Positions 45,199-55,221 are shown, numbered from the stretch's first letter. The stretch is 59,609 nt of DNA from Candidatus Hadarchaeota archaeon (GCA_964345105.1 CAYFPZ010000094.1:1-59609); one strand, 5' to 3'. Translations and numbers: made by a program. The notes: generated by a model from the sequence alone, not told the origin.

Positions 45199-46092
45199 AT
45201 GTTAACTGAAGAGGAACTCAAGGCATACCGAACGGCTGGAAAGCTCGTGGCCGAGGTGCGAGAGCAGGCACGCACCCTCGTGAAACCCGGAGTCACGCTG
45301 CTCGATATAGCTGAGATGGTTGAGGAGTCGATCGCGCAGAAGGGGGGTAAACCAGCTTTTCCTTGCAACGTTTCGGTCAACGAGGTCGCAGCCCACTACA
45401 GCCCGCCCGCAAACGATGACACAAGCATCAAGGAGGGAGACACAGTCAAAGTCGACATAGGTGCCCACCTCGATGGGTACATCGCGGACACCGCGTTCAC
45501 AGTCGCGACAGGCGAAAAACAGGAACTTGTACAGACGGTCGAACGGGCTCTTGAGGCCTCAATTGGTGCGATTAAGCCAGGAATCGATTTAGGCGAAATA
45601 GGAAAAATTGTCGAAGAAATCGCAACTACGGCCGGCTTCAAACCCATTCGCAACCTCACAGGCCACAGCCTAACGCGGTGGAACCTGCACGCGGGCCTAA
45701 CGGTGCCAAACGTCAAAGAAGAGACGGGGCAGAAGTTGAAGGCCGGAGATGTTTTGGCCCTCGAACCCTTTGTGACTGACGGCGCTGGGTACGTCGAAAA
45801 TCAAAAGGCGGTTTACATCTTTCGCTATTTACACGACCGCCCAGTAAGACTTCGAATGGCAAAACAACTGCTCAACGAGGTTAAGCGAGCCTACGATGGC
45901 CTTCCGTTCGCGGAGCGATGGTTTGCCAAAAAAATGTCAAAGCTTAGGCTCGAGTTGACACTGCGAGAGCTGGTGGGTATTGGGGCACTGTGGCCATATT
46001 ACGTACTGGCCGAGCGGGCGGGGGGTAAGGTGGCACAAGCTGAGCATACGGTAATCGTGACCGAGGACGGATTTGAGGTGACTACCCGATAA
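45199..46092 (+). CDS. map: Methionine aminopeptidase, type 2 (archaeal)
   Basis: 297 aa. AFPCNVSVNEVAAHYSP, VKVDIGAHLDGYIADTA, NLTGHS and AQAEHTVIV. Confidence 0.93.
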   Translation: MLTEEELKAYRTAGKLVAEVREQARTLVKPGVTLLDIAEMVEESIAQKGGKPAFPCNVSVNEVAAHYSPPANDDTSIKEGDTVKVDIGAHLDGYIADTAFTVATGEKQELVQTVERALEASIGAIKPGIDLGEIGKIVEEIATTAGFKPIRNLTGHSLTRWNLHAGLTVPNVKEETGQKLKAGDVLALEPFVTDGAGYVENQKAVYIFRYLHDRPVRLRMAKQLLNEVKRAYDGLPFAERWFAKKMSKLRLELTLRELVGIGALWPYYVLAERAGGKVAQAEHTVIVTEDGFEVTTR

Positions 46093-46296
46093 CGCGCTAA
46101 GGCTGCGATTAGTCAAGTTTAAAGAGAGAAAAGCCGATAAAGCTGGCGCAATATCTGAAAGGTAAGAAAGAGAATTACGTATCTTCTCATCTAGAAATAT
46201 TTTGATGATGGGTGGTATTGCGTCTTTGGCCACCGCCTTGAGGAATAATTACCATTTTGCAAAAGACTTTTATATGCTTATACAAAACCCCTACTG

Positions 46297-47211
46297 GTGA
46301 TTATAACGCGTAGGCCCTATTCCGCGGAGAGTAATCACGCGGTACTGGGTTATACAAGTGTAATTACTATTGGTTTAATCATTGCATTGTTCTTGGTGGC
46401 TATAGCATCTCCATTAGCCCAAGCATCACCGACTCAAATATCCCAGATAGCAGTTCATGTAGAACGGCGCGGGTATATATATCGGTTCGAGGAATTTATC
46501 GATTTATCCGATTTATTCCCCGGCTCATTCTATAAAGCTAATGTCTACGCAGTTGGTACGCCAAATGGATTGATATTGATTGATTGTGGTGCTGAGGACT
46601 TCTATGATCTGCTAATGGCAGAAATTAGCAAAAAGTTCCCCAAAATGCCAGTAGTCGCGGTTTTACTAACACACGGTCATGCTGATCACGCAGGTGCTGG
46701 CCACTATTTTCTGGAGGATAATATACCAGTTTATGCTCCTATCGGGGACGCGTACATAATTGCGATGGGCAACAATTTCCCTGGAGTACCAGAACCGTTT
46801 ACCTACACTGGCTACCAACCTACGGGATTTCTATATGGCGGGGAGACCATATTTGGATTAAGAGTGCTTTCGACACCTGGGCATACGCCGGGAAGCATCA
46901 GCTTTTACAACGAAATAACTAGGGTACTGTTTATCGGAGATACAACGATATCGTACCAAGAGGATGACACGGGCTTTGAAGACATGACATTTGAGATGGA
47001 ATATTATACAATGCTTTTCTCAGATAACGACAGTCTAAATGCACAACTTGGTTCTCTCAATGGGTTGTTAGAGCGCGCGCTTGATAAGCAAATCAAGGCG
47101 ATATTACCGGGCCACAACAGAGCTTACTATGGCGCGGAAGAAGCTCAGCGATACATACTTCATTCGATAGACGTGGTAACGCAGGTCTTGGGAACAAAAA
47201 CATCCCCCTAG
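46297..47211 (+). CDS. MBL-fold metallo-hydrolase with N-terminal signal/anchor
   Basis: An N-terminal hydrophobic segment (ITIGLIIALFLVAIASPLAQA), then LLTHGHADHAGAG and TPGHTPGS. Confidence 0.8.
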   Translation: MIITRRPYSAESNHAVLGYTSVITIGLIIALFLVAIASPLAQASPTQISQIAVHVERRGYIYRFEEFIDLSDLFPGSFYKANVYAVGTPNGLILIDCGAEDFYDLLMAEISKKFPKMPVVAVLLTHGHADHAGAGHYFLEDNIPVYAPIGDAYIIAMGNNFPGVPEPFTYTGYQPTGFLYGGETIFGLRVLSTPGHTPGSISFYNEITRVLFIGDTTISYQEDDTGFEDMTFEMEYYTMLFSDNDSLNAQLGSLNGLLERALDKQIKAILPGHNRAYYGAEEAQRYILHSIDVVTQVLGTKTSP

Positions 47212-47289
47212 TACGTCAAACAATTGAAGCACTAGAAAGTTGAATTGTTCCCGGTTCGGGTTATATTTGATGGTGTTAAAAATATGATT

Positions 47290-47970
47290 TCATTTGCGTA
47301 GCACGAGCATCGCATGATCCTTCTCGTAGGGATCGAGTATCTTCGCGTCGACGACCTCCAGCTCCTCTTCAAGTTTTTCTAACTCATCCCTGAAGATCTC
47401 GCGCGGCTCCTTGGTGATGTCGATGCTCCGAGCCTTGAGCGCCAGCACCGCGTAACCCCCTTCCCGTAGAAATGCCTTCACGTTCGCTGACAAAATTTCC
47501 GTCTGGTCAGGCTGGGCGACATCTTGGTAGACCACATCTACTTTCTCGATGAGTGCGCAATAACTTCCCGGTTGCCGAGCATCGGCCAAGAGAGGCACCA
47601 TGTTGTATCTCCGGTTACAGACTATGAGCAAATCTCGGAGCGGGCGCGATGAAATTTCAACGCAGTGGACAGAGCCACTTGAGCCGATTAGGTCGGAGAC
47701 ATGTGAGGCAGTTGTTCCGCTGGCGGCCCCTAGGTAGAGCACACATTTACCTTGGTCAATCGGGACCTTCTTGATATCCTTCAAGATGGCAGCCGCGAGC
47801 TTGCTCCGATAGGGGTCCCAGAGGCGGTACTCGATCCCTTGAATTTGGAGGAGCCGCTCGCCGTAGACTTGGGTGCCCGGGACTAGGTTTACAGTGGCAA
47901 GCTTGCGCGTCCCGTCCTCGAGTTCGACCCAGTAGACCCCAGCAAAGCGTTTGTGTTCAGTTACTTTCAT
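47290..47970 (-). CDS. flpA: Fibrillarin (C/D box sRNP 2'-O-methyltransferase)
   Basis: 226 aa. YRLWDPYRSKLAAAIL, VLYLGAASGTTASHVSD and VYQDVAQPDQ. Confidence 0.95.
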   Translation of the reverse strand: MKVTEHKRFAGVYWVELEDGTRKLATVNLVPGTQVYGERLLQIQGIEYRLWDPYRSKLAAAILKDIKKVPIDQGKCVLYLGAASGTTASHVSDLIGSSGSVHCVEISSRPLRDLLIVCNRRYNMVPLLADARQPGSYCALIEKVDVVYQDVAQPDQTEILSANVKAFLREGGYAVLALKARSIDITKEPREIFRDELEKLEEELEVVDAKILDPYEKDHAMLVLRK

Positions 47971-47971
47971 C

Positions 47972-49126
47972 TCATTTCCTCGGCTCCTTGTATTTCGCCT
48001 TGATATCGGCTATACGCGCCTTTAAGTCCGCGGTAAGCTTGTCCCCCACGAACTCACCCGACATCGCGTCTACGCGCGCGGCTATGGACAATTTTCCTGC
48101 GAGGGCACGAGCTATCTTCCCCCGCTGCCACTTAGGCGCCCCCCGAACCTCAGGGTACTGGTAGATTACGCCGTGCTTGGGGGGCCTCGCTCGAGCACGG
48201 AGCGCTCTGAAAAGAGCTTTTTCCGCCCCAAGTACTTGAAGTGTGCTCGCGGGAGAACGAGAAAGTTTCTTCAAACCGCCCGCTAGTGAAATAAGCCGTG
48301 CACCAATCGAGCCACCGACGACCGCTCGCAGATTTGGCGCCACCTGAGCCATCAACCCATCTATATACTCGGCTACTCGCTCTCGAAACTCGTAGAGGGC
48401 GAACACCTCTCGTGCACAACCCTGCAGTATTTTGATATCGAGTTCGTCGAATGGGGCACCTAAGGAATTCATTGCAGCCTCAGTTATGTGCGCGACATCT
48501 TCATCTGATAATTCGGCCGCACCTTTCACCGCGGCTTGAGTAAATCGCTCACGCGGACCCAATTCTAGGACAAGTTTCAAGTATTTTTGGTGCTCGGGGG
48601 CAAGTCTGTCTAGCTCGGGGAAGTGGTTAGAGTACCACTCGCGGATCAAGCCAGAGAGGATGTTTATGAACTTGTCAAACTCATCGAGCATACCTATAGA
48701 TTGGATGACGAGCTTGTCCCGCTCGGCGGCCTCCGCTCGAAGCTTTTGCCGCGTGAGGATGAAGTTTACCTCCCGGACGAGCTTGTCTGACTCCTTGAAT
48801 CCCACCTCTTTAGCTATCTTCTTAAGCTTGGTGCGTAGGAGCTCGCCTGCCAGATTCGGTAGCTGCACTTCGAATTTGGTGCGTCGAAATTCCTTGCGCA
48901 ATTGTGAAACAAGAAATTCAGACTCTAGGGTGAATTCAAGGGAACCTTTCTTGACTAGTTCAGCGATGAGCTCGCGGTGCTCTTCCGTAGGAGTGCCAAT
49001 CTGAACGCTCGCCAGCCGCCCGGCCACCTCGATGGCGTCCCGGGGGAACTGCTTCGATGCTAGCATTCGCCCCTTGTCATCGAACGCGAACACGCCTAAA
49101 ACACATTCAGCTATATGAATCGCCAC
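47972..49126 (-). CDS. nop5: Nop56/58 (Nop5) C/D box sRNP core protein
   Basis: 384 aa. NOSIC/Nop domain WYSNHFPEL...APNLRAVVGGSIGARLISLAGGL...AEKALFRAL. It sits immediately upstream of flpA. GTG start. Confidence 0.93.
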   Translation of the reverse strand: MAIHIAECVLGVFAFDDKGRMLASKQFPRDAIEVAGRLASVQIGTPTEEHRELIAELVKKGSLEFTLESEFLVSQLRKEFRRTKFEVQLPNLAGELLRTKLKKIAKEVGFKESDKLVREVNFILTRQKLRAEAAERDKLVIQSIGMLDEFDKFINILSGLIREWYSNHFPELDRLAPEHQKYLKLVLELGPRERFTQAAVKGAAELSDEDVAHITEAAMNSLGAPFDELDIKILQGCAREVFALYEFRERVAEYIDGLMAQVAPNLRAVVGGSIGARLISLAGGLKKLSRSPASTLQVLGAEKALFRALRARARPPKHGVIYQYPEVRGAPKWQRGKIARALAGKLSIAARVDAMSGEFVGDKLTADLKARIADIKAKYKEPRK

Positions 49127-49167
49127 GTTTGCACCTGACTAAGAGTTGATTTAAACTTCATAAAGCT

Positions 49168-50307
49168 TTAACAGAGGAGCCAAGGATTGCCTATCCTAAC
49201 CTTTTGAAGCCCTTCCTCCTTGCATATCCTAGCAAACCGCTCGGCATCCTTGCGCTTAGTGTAAGGCATGTCATCCATGTAATAGAGCGGGTGGAAGGCG
49301 AGAAGGGAGTAAGGGGTGGTCGTGTCCAAGTCGGCAATGAATGACGCGAGCGCCCGAATTTCCTCCTCGTCCACATAGCCCGGCACCAACAGCGTGCTCA
49401 CTCTGGCGAATGGAGCTTCAGGACGCTCGTGATGGCGCCTGCCCAGCCATTTAAAATTATCATATGCCGCGCGGTGTTCTATGCCGGATAATGCGTACAA
49501 AATCTCAGAGGACCAGCACTTCAAATCGGCTTTGATTCCGCCCCCGCTACTCATCGAGAGCTCACCGAACTGCTTCAAGCTCTGTAGCTCCATGCTCAGG
49601 TTTGTCTCGAGACAGACGCGAAAGATGCGATTTTCTAGTTTTGCGGCCTCGCACATCAATCGCGCCGATTCTATCACAAACGGCATCTGGCTGGCCGGAT
49701 CCCCCCCAAAGTAGCAGGCACACCCCACGCTCTTGTTTGCTTTTTCGGCAAGCTCGGCGGCGGTCATGGTGGGCTTTCCCTCAACAGTGAGCTCGCGGAA
49801 GCTGAAGTTCTGGCAGAATAGGCAGCTGTAAGTGCAGCTCCCCAGAAAAATTGACAGGTTGTAGTACCCGATGTCGCCCCGAGGGGTCCGGCACCACTTT
49901 GGATACCCGGCGCCGCTTGACCCCGCGCAGAATTCAGCGGGAACACAATTTGTAGGAAGGGGGTCATAGTAACAAGTCAGCAAGCCGCGATCGGGCGTGC
50001 CGAACTTTCGAACGAGCTTGCCGCCGATGTTCTCGACCACGCCGCAGAACCCTTTTTCGCCCTTTGGGATACGGCAGTCGTTCCCACAAGCACCGCATCG
50101 CGCGCCTTTGGGATTTTTAGGTGCTTGAGCTGGCAAACCGTAGCGCCTCCTAATGCTGGCATGCGCTGCCTCGATGTAGGGCTTAGAATCCTCGAACCTT
50201 TCGCGCACGCATCGGGCACAGACCTTTAGCGTGGCCGAGATATCCTCAGCTTCCCTGCCACAAACATCACACTTCGATCGCCAGCCCCTAGCGTGCCGCA
50301 AAAACAC
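49168..50307 (-). CDS. Radical SAM protein (PFL-activase/AmmeMemoRadiSam-like) with N-terminal Cys-rich region
   Basis: GSCTYSCLFCQNF (CxxxCxxC). N-terminal CDVCG...CARC and CGACGNDC...GFCGV. GTG start. Confidence 0.8.
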   Translation of the reverse strand: MFLRHARGWRSKCDVCGREAEDISATLKVCARCVRERFEDSKPYIEAAHASIRRRYGLPAQAPKNPKGARCGACGNDCRIPKGEKGFCGVVENIGGKLVRKFGTPDRGLLTCYYDPLPTNCVPAEFCAGSSGAGYPKWCRTPRGDIGYYNLSIFLGSCTYSCLFCQNFSFRELTVEGKPTMTAAELAEKANKSVGCACYFGGDPASQMPFVIESARLMCEAAKLENRIFRVCLETNLSMELQSLKQFGELSMSSGGGIKADLKCWSSEILYALSGIEHRAAYDNFKWLGRRHHERPEAPFARVSTLLVPGYVDEEEIRALASFIADLDTTTPYSLLAFHPLYYMDDMPYTKRKDAERFARICKEEGLQKVRIGNPWLLC

Positions 50308-50362
50308 GACGCCACCATTTTCCTTTTTAGGTTGGAGTGATTAAAGATGAATTAGTGGGAAC

Positions 50363-51271
50363 ATGCAGAAGAAAACTGAGGAAAAAATCATCACATTAGG
50401 CACCGAACGCCTGAAGCGCGGATTCGCCAAGATGCAGAAGGGTGGCGTAATCATGGACGTGACGAACCCCGAGCAGGCGATCATAGCTGAGGAGGCCGGA
50501 GCGGTAGCGGTAATGGCTTTGCAAGCGGTCCCTGCCGACATTCGGGCTGCCGGTGGCGTCGCTCGCATGGCTGACCCAGCTATTGTTGAAGCGATCATGA
50601 ATGCCGTCACCATTCCAGTTATGGCTAAGTGCAGGATAGGACATTTTGCTGAGGCGCAGGTGCTTGAAGCCTTGGGAGTGGATATGATAGATGAAAGTGA
50701 AGTTCTCACAGTTGCAGACGAAGAAGCACATGTGGACAAACGCAAATTCAAAGTCCCATTTGTTTGCGGCGCCTACGATTTGGGCCAAGCACTGCGAAGG
50801 ATAGACGAAGGGGCTGCGATGATTCGAACAAAAGGTGAAGCCGGTACCGGCAACGTTGTTGAAGCAATTCGCCACATAAAGCTGACGAAGAGGCAGATAG
50901 CTGAGCTGGCTGGATTATCGCGAGAGAGATTAGAGGAAAAAGCGCGGGAGTACCGAGTGCCAGTTGAGTTGGTTGAAGAAACAGCAAGACTGCAACGTTT
51001 ACCTGTGGTCTGGTTCGCGGCTGGGGGTATCGCGACGCCTTCGGATAGTGCGATGGTTCTGCAATTAGGCGTAGACGGAGTCTTCGTTGGATCAGGTATC
51101 TTTAAATCAAGCAATCCGTCACGTATGGCGAAAGCGATTGTAGAGGCAACGAGGCACTATGATGATCCTCAAGTTTTGTTAGAGGTGAGCAAAGGGTTAC
51201 CAGAAGCCATGCGTGGAATAGACATCAAAACGCTTAAGGAATCGGAGAAATTGCAGGCAAGGGGCGTCTAA
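50363..51271 (+). CDS. pdxS: Pyridoxal 5'-phosphate synthase, lyase subunit PdxS
   Basis: [54 protein letters not shown] and GGIATPSD. Confidence 0.96.
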   Translation: MQKKTEEKIITLGTERLKRGFAKMQKGGVIMDVTNPEQAIIAEEAGAVAVMALQAVPADIRAAGGVARMADPAIVEAIMNAVTIPVMAKCRIGHFAEAQVLEALGVDMIDESEVLTVADEEAHVDKRKFKVPFVCGAYDLGQALRRIDEGAAMIRTKGEAGTGNVVEAIRHIKLTKRQIAELAGLSRERLEEKAREYRVPVELVEETARLQRLPVVWFAAGGIATPSDSAMVLQLGVDGVFVGSGIFKSSNPSRMAKAIVEATRHYDDPQVLLEVSKGLPEAMRGIDIKTLKESEKLQARGV

Positions 51272-51304
51272 GAACACCCACTTTTTATAGATTAGTTTGG
51301 ATAT

Positions 51305-51913
51305 GTGGCAATCGTGAAGATATGCATCATCGGTCTCCAAGGCGCTGTGAGCGAGCACCTCGAGGCGACTAAGCGGGCGATGCAAAAGCTCGGCATCGAG
51401 GGCGAGACGGTCTGGGCCAACAAGCCTGAGCATTTCGAGCGCGTGGACGGCATCATCATCCCAGGTGGAGAATCGACGACGATCAGCAAGCTCATGCTCA
51501 CGGCGGGCTTTTTCGAGCGGGTCAAGCAGCTTGCAGCCGGTGGTACCCCAATCTTAGGCACCTGCGCCGGCCTCATCGTATTGGCCAAGCGCGGGGACGA
51601 GCAGGTCATGCGGACCGGGCAGCCGTTGCTGGAACTGATGAATATCTCTGTAATTCGGAATGCTTTCGGCAGGCAGCGCGAGTCGTTTGAGGTAAACTTG
51701 GAGATTCCAATTTTGGGTGAGAGGCCCTATAGCGCAGTCTTCATCCGCGCGCCGGCGGTTGAGGAGGTTTGGGGAGATGCTCAAGTCTTAGCCAAGTTTC
51801 AAGAAAAAATCGTCGCGGTGCAGCAAGGCAACTTGCTCGCCGTGGCTTTTCACCCGGAGCTCACACCCGACACACGATTGCACGAGTATTTCCTGCGGAT
51901 GTGCCAAAGATAA
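51305..51913 (+). CDS. pdxT: Pyridoxal 5'-phosphate synthase, glutaminase subunit PdxT
   Basis: IGLQGAVSEH, IIPGGESTT, LGTCAGLI and AFHPELT. GTG start at 51305 or 51314. Confidence 0.93.
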   Translation: MAIVKICIIGLQGAVSEHLEATKRAMQKLGIEGETVWANKPEHFERVDGIIIPGGESTTISKLMLTAGFFERVKQLAAGGTPILGTCAGLIVLAKRGDEQVMRTGQPLLELMNISVIRNAFGRQRESFEVNLEIPILGERPYSAVFIRAPAVEEVWGDAQVLAKFQEKIVAVQQGNLLAVAFHPELTPDTRLHEYFLRMCQR

Positions 51914-51965
51914 ATCAAGGAAAAGGAAATTAAACTAGCCGCGCTAAGTAATTTAGGGCGAATGA

Positions 51966-52388
51966 ATGAACCTACGTTGCCCCAAAAATGTGCATTTTGA
52001 GTGCCAGCGATGCGCCAAGTGCTGCGGTGATGGTTCACATCGTGGACGAAATATCTTGTTGCTAAAATCCGAAGTCAGACAGATATCTAAAGCAACAGGG
52101 TTAAGACCTCTCTCATTCACCTCTCGCTCGTTAAGCATTCAGCCCTACCGCTACCGAATGAAAAAACGAGGGGGGAAGTGCGTCTTCCTCGATGGAAAAG
52201 CTTGTAGGATTTACAACATCAGGCCACTCATCTGCCGCTTTTACCCGTTCTCGCTCAAAAGGGGCAGCAACGGCTATAAGTTCGAGGTTTCGGAGGAGTG
52301 CCCGGGTATCGGTCTTGGGGATGTCCCCAAAGAGAGTGACTTTGAGAGAATGTTTGAAGAAGCACAAAGAAGATTACAATCTTCATAG
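51966..52388 (+). CDS. YkgJ/UPF0153 family Cys-cluster (Fe-S/Zn) protein
   Basis: CQRCAKCCGDG...C.FL....CRIYNIRPLICRFYPF. Confidence 0.8.
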   Translation: MNLRCPKNVHFECQRCAKCCGDGSHRGRNILLLKSEVRQISKATGLRPLSFTSRSLSIQPYRYRMKKRGGKCVFLDGKACRIYNIRPLICRFYPFSLKRGSNGYKFEVSEECPGIGLGDVPKESDFERMFEEAQRRLQSS

Positions 52389-52581
52389 CATTCCTTTTTT
52401 CACCGCTTTCATTACCTTTTCCTTAGCAATTTCATTTGCGGCTTTTTTGCGGCAATCCTTTTCTTTCTAATGTCGAGCATTTTTTTCTCCACTCACCTAA
52501 GGTCCGCAAGTTAAAAACTATTTGTGGGCCCCCAGCACAAGTCTTTTGAATACGGCCACCAAACTACAAATTGGTGTATGT

Positions 52582-52851
52582 ATGCATGAATTTCCAGAGT
52601 TTATCGAAGAAGAAGAGGAAGAAGAAAGCTGGCCGGAGACGATAAGGTTGGAGATAATCGAGTACATTCTCCGCCGCCACGGTGCACTCCGTGCCCCGGA
52701 CCTAGCGCATATCTTGGATTGGAAAGTCCGGGAGATTAATCGCGTGCTTCGCCAGCTTGAGAACTCCGGTCGCGCGAAGCGCGTGAAGCTGGGCAAGAAC
52801 TATGTTTGGTCTTCGATTGAGGAGCCGCATCTAACTCCCATGCACTACTAG
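52582..52851 (+). CDS. Small winged-helix DNA-binding protein with acidic N-terminus
   Basis: MHEFPEFIEEEEEEESWPE, then IIEYILRRHGALRAPDLAHILDWKVREINRVLRQLENSGRAKRVKLGKNYVWS (H1-H2-H3-wing). The start is set at the ATG at 52582. Confidence 0.6.
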   Translation: MHEFPEFIEEEEEEESWPETIRLEIIEYILRRHGALRAPDLAHILDWKVREINRVLRQLENSGRAKRVKLGKNYVWSSIEEPHLTPMHY

Positions 52852-53006
52852 GCGAACCTGTACCACAGAGCGACTTTTTTCACCCTTTCAATCCTTGTGC
52901 GATCAAGCGACTTTTGGGTCGATTAAGCTGCGACTTTGGTGAAAGCGCCTCATGAAAAGAACCTAAACTTTTATTGCTCGTCGGGCGATGCTTTTAGCGT
53001 GGTCAG

Positions 53007-53441
53007 ATGGTCAGAATGGTCAACATTGAATCAAAACCATCAGTATCCCGAGTGGCGAAGGCAAGCGGTTTTATCCGCTTGAAACCCGAAACGCTCCAAA
53101 AAATCAAGGCAGGCGAGGTGCCCAAGGGTGATGTGCTGGTAGTCGCCCAGACCGCTGCGATTTTGGCGGTCAAACGCACCTCGGAACTCATCCCCTTAAC
53201 TCACCAAATCACAATTACAGGCACTGATATAATTTTTAATTTTGATAAGGAGGGGATTCGCGCTGAAATCGAGGTCAAGAGCACGGGGCAGACTGGCGTC
53301 GAGATAGAAGCCTTGGTTGGTGTGACGAATGCACTACTCACAATCTGGGACATGGTGAAAAGCTTGGAGAAGGACGAGGCCGGGCAGTATCCCACGACTT
53401 CAATCGAGGATATTCGTGTGTTAAAGAAGGTGAAAGGTTGA
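53007..53441 (+). CDS. moaC: Cyclic pyranopterin monophosphate synthase MoaC
   Basis: KGDVLVVAQTAAILAVKRTSELIPLTHQI...TGVEIEALVGVTNALLTIWDM. Confidence 0.93.
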   Translation: MVRMVNIESKPSVSRVAKASGFIRLKPETLQKIKAGEVPKGDVLVVAQTAAILAVKRTSELIPLTHQITITGTDIIFNFDKEGIRAEIEVKSTGQTGVEIEALVGVTNALLTIWDMVKSLEKDEAGQYPTTSIEDIRVLKKVKG

Positions 53442-53953
53442 GTGGAATCGAGCATCGCAAGGGGGCACCAGACCACCTGAGGATAGCGGTACTCGTCGTG
53501 AGTGACACCCGGGCGGCAGCGATGCGTGAGGGACGCGATGAAGACGTTACTGGAAAAATCATCGAGCAAAAGGCGCGCGAAGCGGGGCACGAAACGACTA
53601 GGTCAATAGTCCCAGACAAAGCGAATGAGATAAAAAAAGCTGTACAAGGGTTCATAGCTGACAAAAAAATCGATGTCGTGATAACTACAGGGGGCACTGG
53701 CATAACAAAGCGTGATGTCACAATTGAAACATTGAGCCCGCTTTTCGAGAAGGAGTTGCCGGGGTTCGGTGAAATTCTGCGGCGCATCGGTTATGAAAAG
53801 GTCGGCACGGCGGCGCTTCTGACCCTAGCTACCGCGGGCCTCATCGAGCGGAAGCTGGTTTTTTGCTTACCCGGGGCCCCAAACGCAGCAGAGATCGCGA
53901 TGAAACTAATCCTTCCCGAGTTGGGGCACCTCATCAAGCACGCACGTGAGTGA
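53438..53953 (+). CDS. moaB: Molybdenum cofactor biosynthesis protein MoaB/MogA-type
   Basis: IAVLVVSDTR, DVVITTGGTGITKRD and FCLPGAPNAA. 4-nt overlap with moaC. Confidence 0.9.
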   Translation: MSGIEHRKGAPDHLRIAVLVVSDTRAAAMREGRDEDVTGKIIEQKAREAGHETTRSIVPDKANEIKKAVQGFIADKKIDVVITTGGTGITKRDVTIETLSPLFEKELPGFGEILRRIGYEKVGTAALLTLATAGLIERKLVFCLPGAPNAAEIAMKLILPELGHLIKHARE

Positions 53954-55187
53954 AATGCGAGTTCGAATGCGGGGCTTTGCTCGCTATACCAAGCTCGGAG
54001 ATGCTCTGAAGCTCGTACTCTCGCGAGTGAAACCTTTGAGTTCTGAAATAGTGTCGTTCGATCAAGCGTTGGGGCGCGTGCTGTCCGAGGATGTCATTTC
54101 AAAAACAAATGTCCCCCCCTTCAATCGCTCGGCCGTCGATGGTTACGCGGTTCGCGCAACCGATACATTTGAGGCAAGTGAAACAAAGCCTAAAAAACTC
54201 CGTGTAGTCGGGTTCGCGAAAATAGGGGTTGCAACCAAATCTTGTGTCCGAAAAGGCGAGGCAATCAAACTGATGACGGGGACACCGATGCCCCGAGGTG
54301 CGGATGCAGTCGTAATGGTCGAACACACTAAAATTGAGAAAAAACGTATCGCCGTGCTAGTTCCGCTCACACTCGGCAAGAATGTTTCAGCTCAGGGGGA
54401 AGATGTTCGCGCGGGCGAGGTGGTGCTGAGACGCGGGCAACAGCTCAGGCCTCAAGATATCGGCATGCTTTCGTCAATCAGTCATCTCAAGGTGCTGGTT
54501 TTTCGTAGACCAAAAGTTGCAATTATCGTGACAGGGTCCGAACTCAGGAGCCCAGGCACGCGACTAAAACCAGGTCAAATTACGGACATTAACAGATACT
54601 CTTTATCCGCGGGAGTTAAGAGCTGCGGTGGCATAGCGAACCCGTTCGACATTACCCCTGACAAACCACAAGCGATGCGCCGCACACTACAAAAAGCCCT
54701 GAAAAATGATGTGGTCCTTATTTCGGGTGGAAGTTCAGTGGGAGAGCATGATATCGCCCCCGATATGGTTGCTGAGCTCGGGGAGCTGCTTTTCCACGGT
54801 GTCGCCTTACGTCCGGGTGGTCCAACCGCATTTGGCGTGGTTCGAGGTAAGCCAGTGTTCTGCCTTGCTGGTTTTCCGGTTGCTTCGCTGGTTGCTTTCG
54901 ACATGTTGGTCAGGCCTGCTATTTGGGTAATGCAAGGACTGCCTCCGGATTGGGGATGCCTAAGGGTTCGGGCGAAGCTGACGCGTAAGGTTGCCTCAAG
55001 CTTGGGGCGCGCGGATGTGGTTCGAGTGCGGGTTTGGAGTGAAGCGGATGAACTCTTGGCTGAACCGATCCGAATTACTGGCTCAGGCATCCTGAGTTCG
55101 ATGACGCGAGCTGATGGGTTCATTCTCGTTCCTGGGGATATGGAAGGTTTTGGAAAGGGTACTGTCGTAGAAGTTGAACTTTATTAA
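53946..55187 (+). CDS. moeA: Molybdopterin molybdenumtransferase MoeA
   Basis: 413 aa. PPFNRSAVDGYAVRA, GEAIKLMTGTPMPRGADAVV, ISGGSSVGEHD and KPVFCLAGFPVA. Confidence 0.92.
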   Translation: MSEMRVRMRGFARYTKLGDALKLVLSRVKPLSSEIVSFDQALGRVLSEDVISKTNVPPFNRSAVDGYAVRATDTFEASETKPKKLRVVGFAKIGVATKSCVRKGEAIKLMTGTPMPRGADAVVMVEHTKIEKKRIAVLVPLTLGKNVSAQGEDVRAGEVVLRRGQQLRPQDIGMLSSISHLKVLVFRRPKVAIIVTGSELRSPGTRLKPGQITDINRYSLSAGVKSCGGIANPFDITPDKPQAMRRTLQKALKNDVVLISGGSSVGEHDIAPDMVAELGELLFHGVALRPGGPTAFGVVRGKPVFCLAGFPVASLVAFDMLVRPAIWVMQGLPPDWGCLRVRAKLTRKVASSLGRADVVRVRVWSEADELLAEPIRITGSGILSSMTRADGFILVPGDMEGFGKGTVVEVELY

Positions 55188-55221
55188 CCGAGCGTTTGAT
55201 TACGTTAAGGAGCGTGATTTC

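Noticed and set aside
46195-46260. TGATGATGG string suggesting a C/D box sRNA near the fibrillarin/Nop5 region.
   Set aside because: There is no CTGA D or D' boxes at the required 12-nt guide spacing and no terminal stem.
50341-51114. Several 79-159-aa minus-strand ORFs inside pdxS.
   Set aside because: PdxS is unambiguous, so these are antisense shadows.
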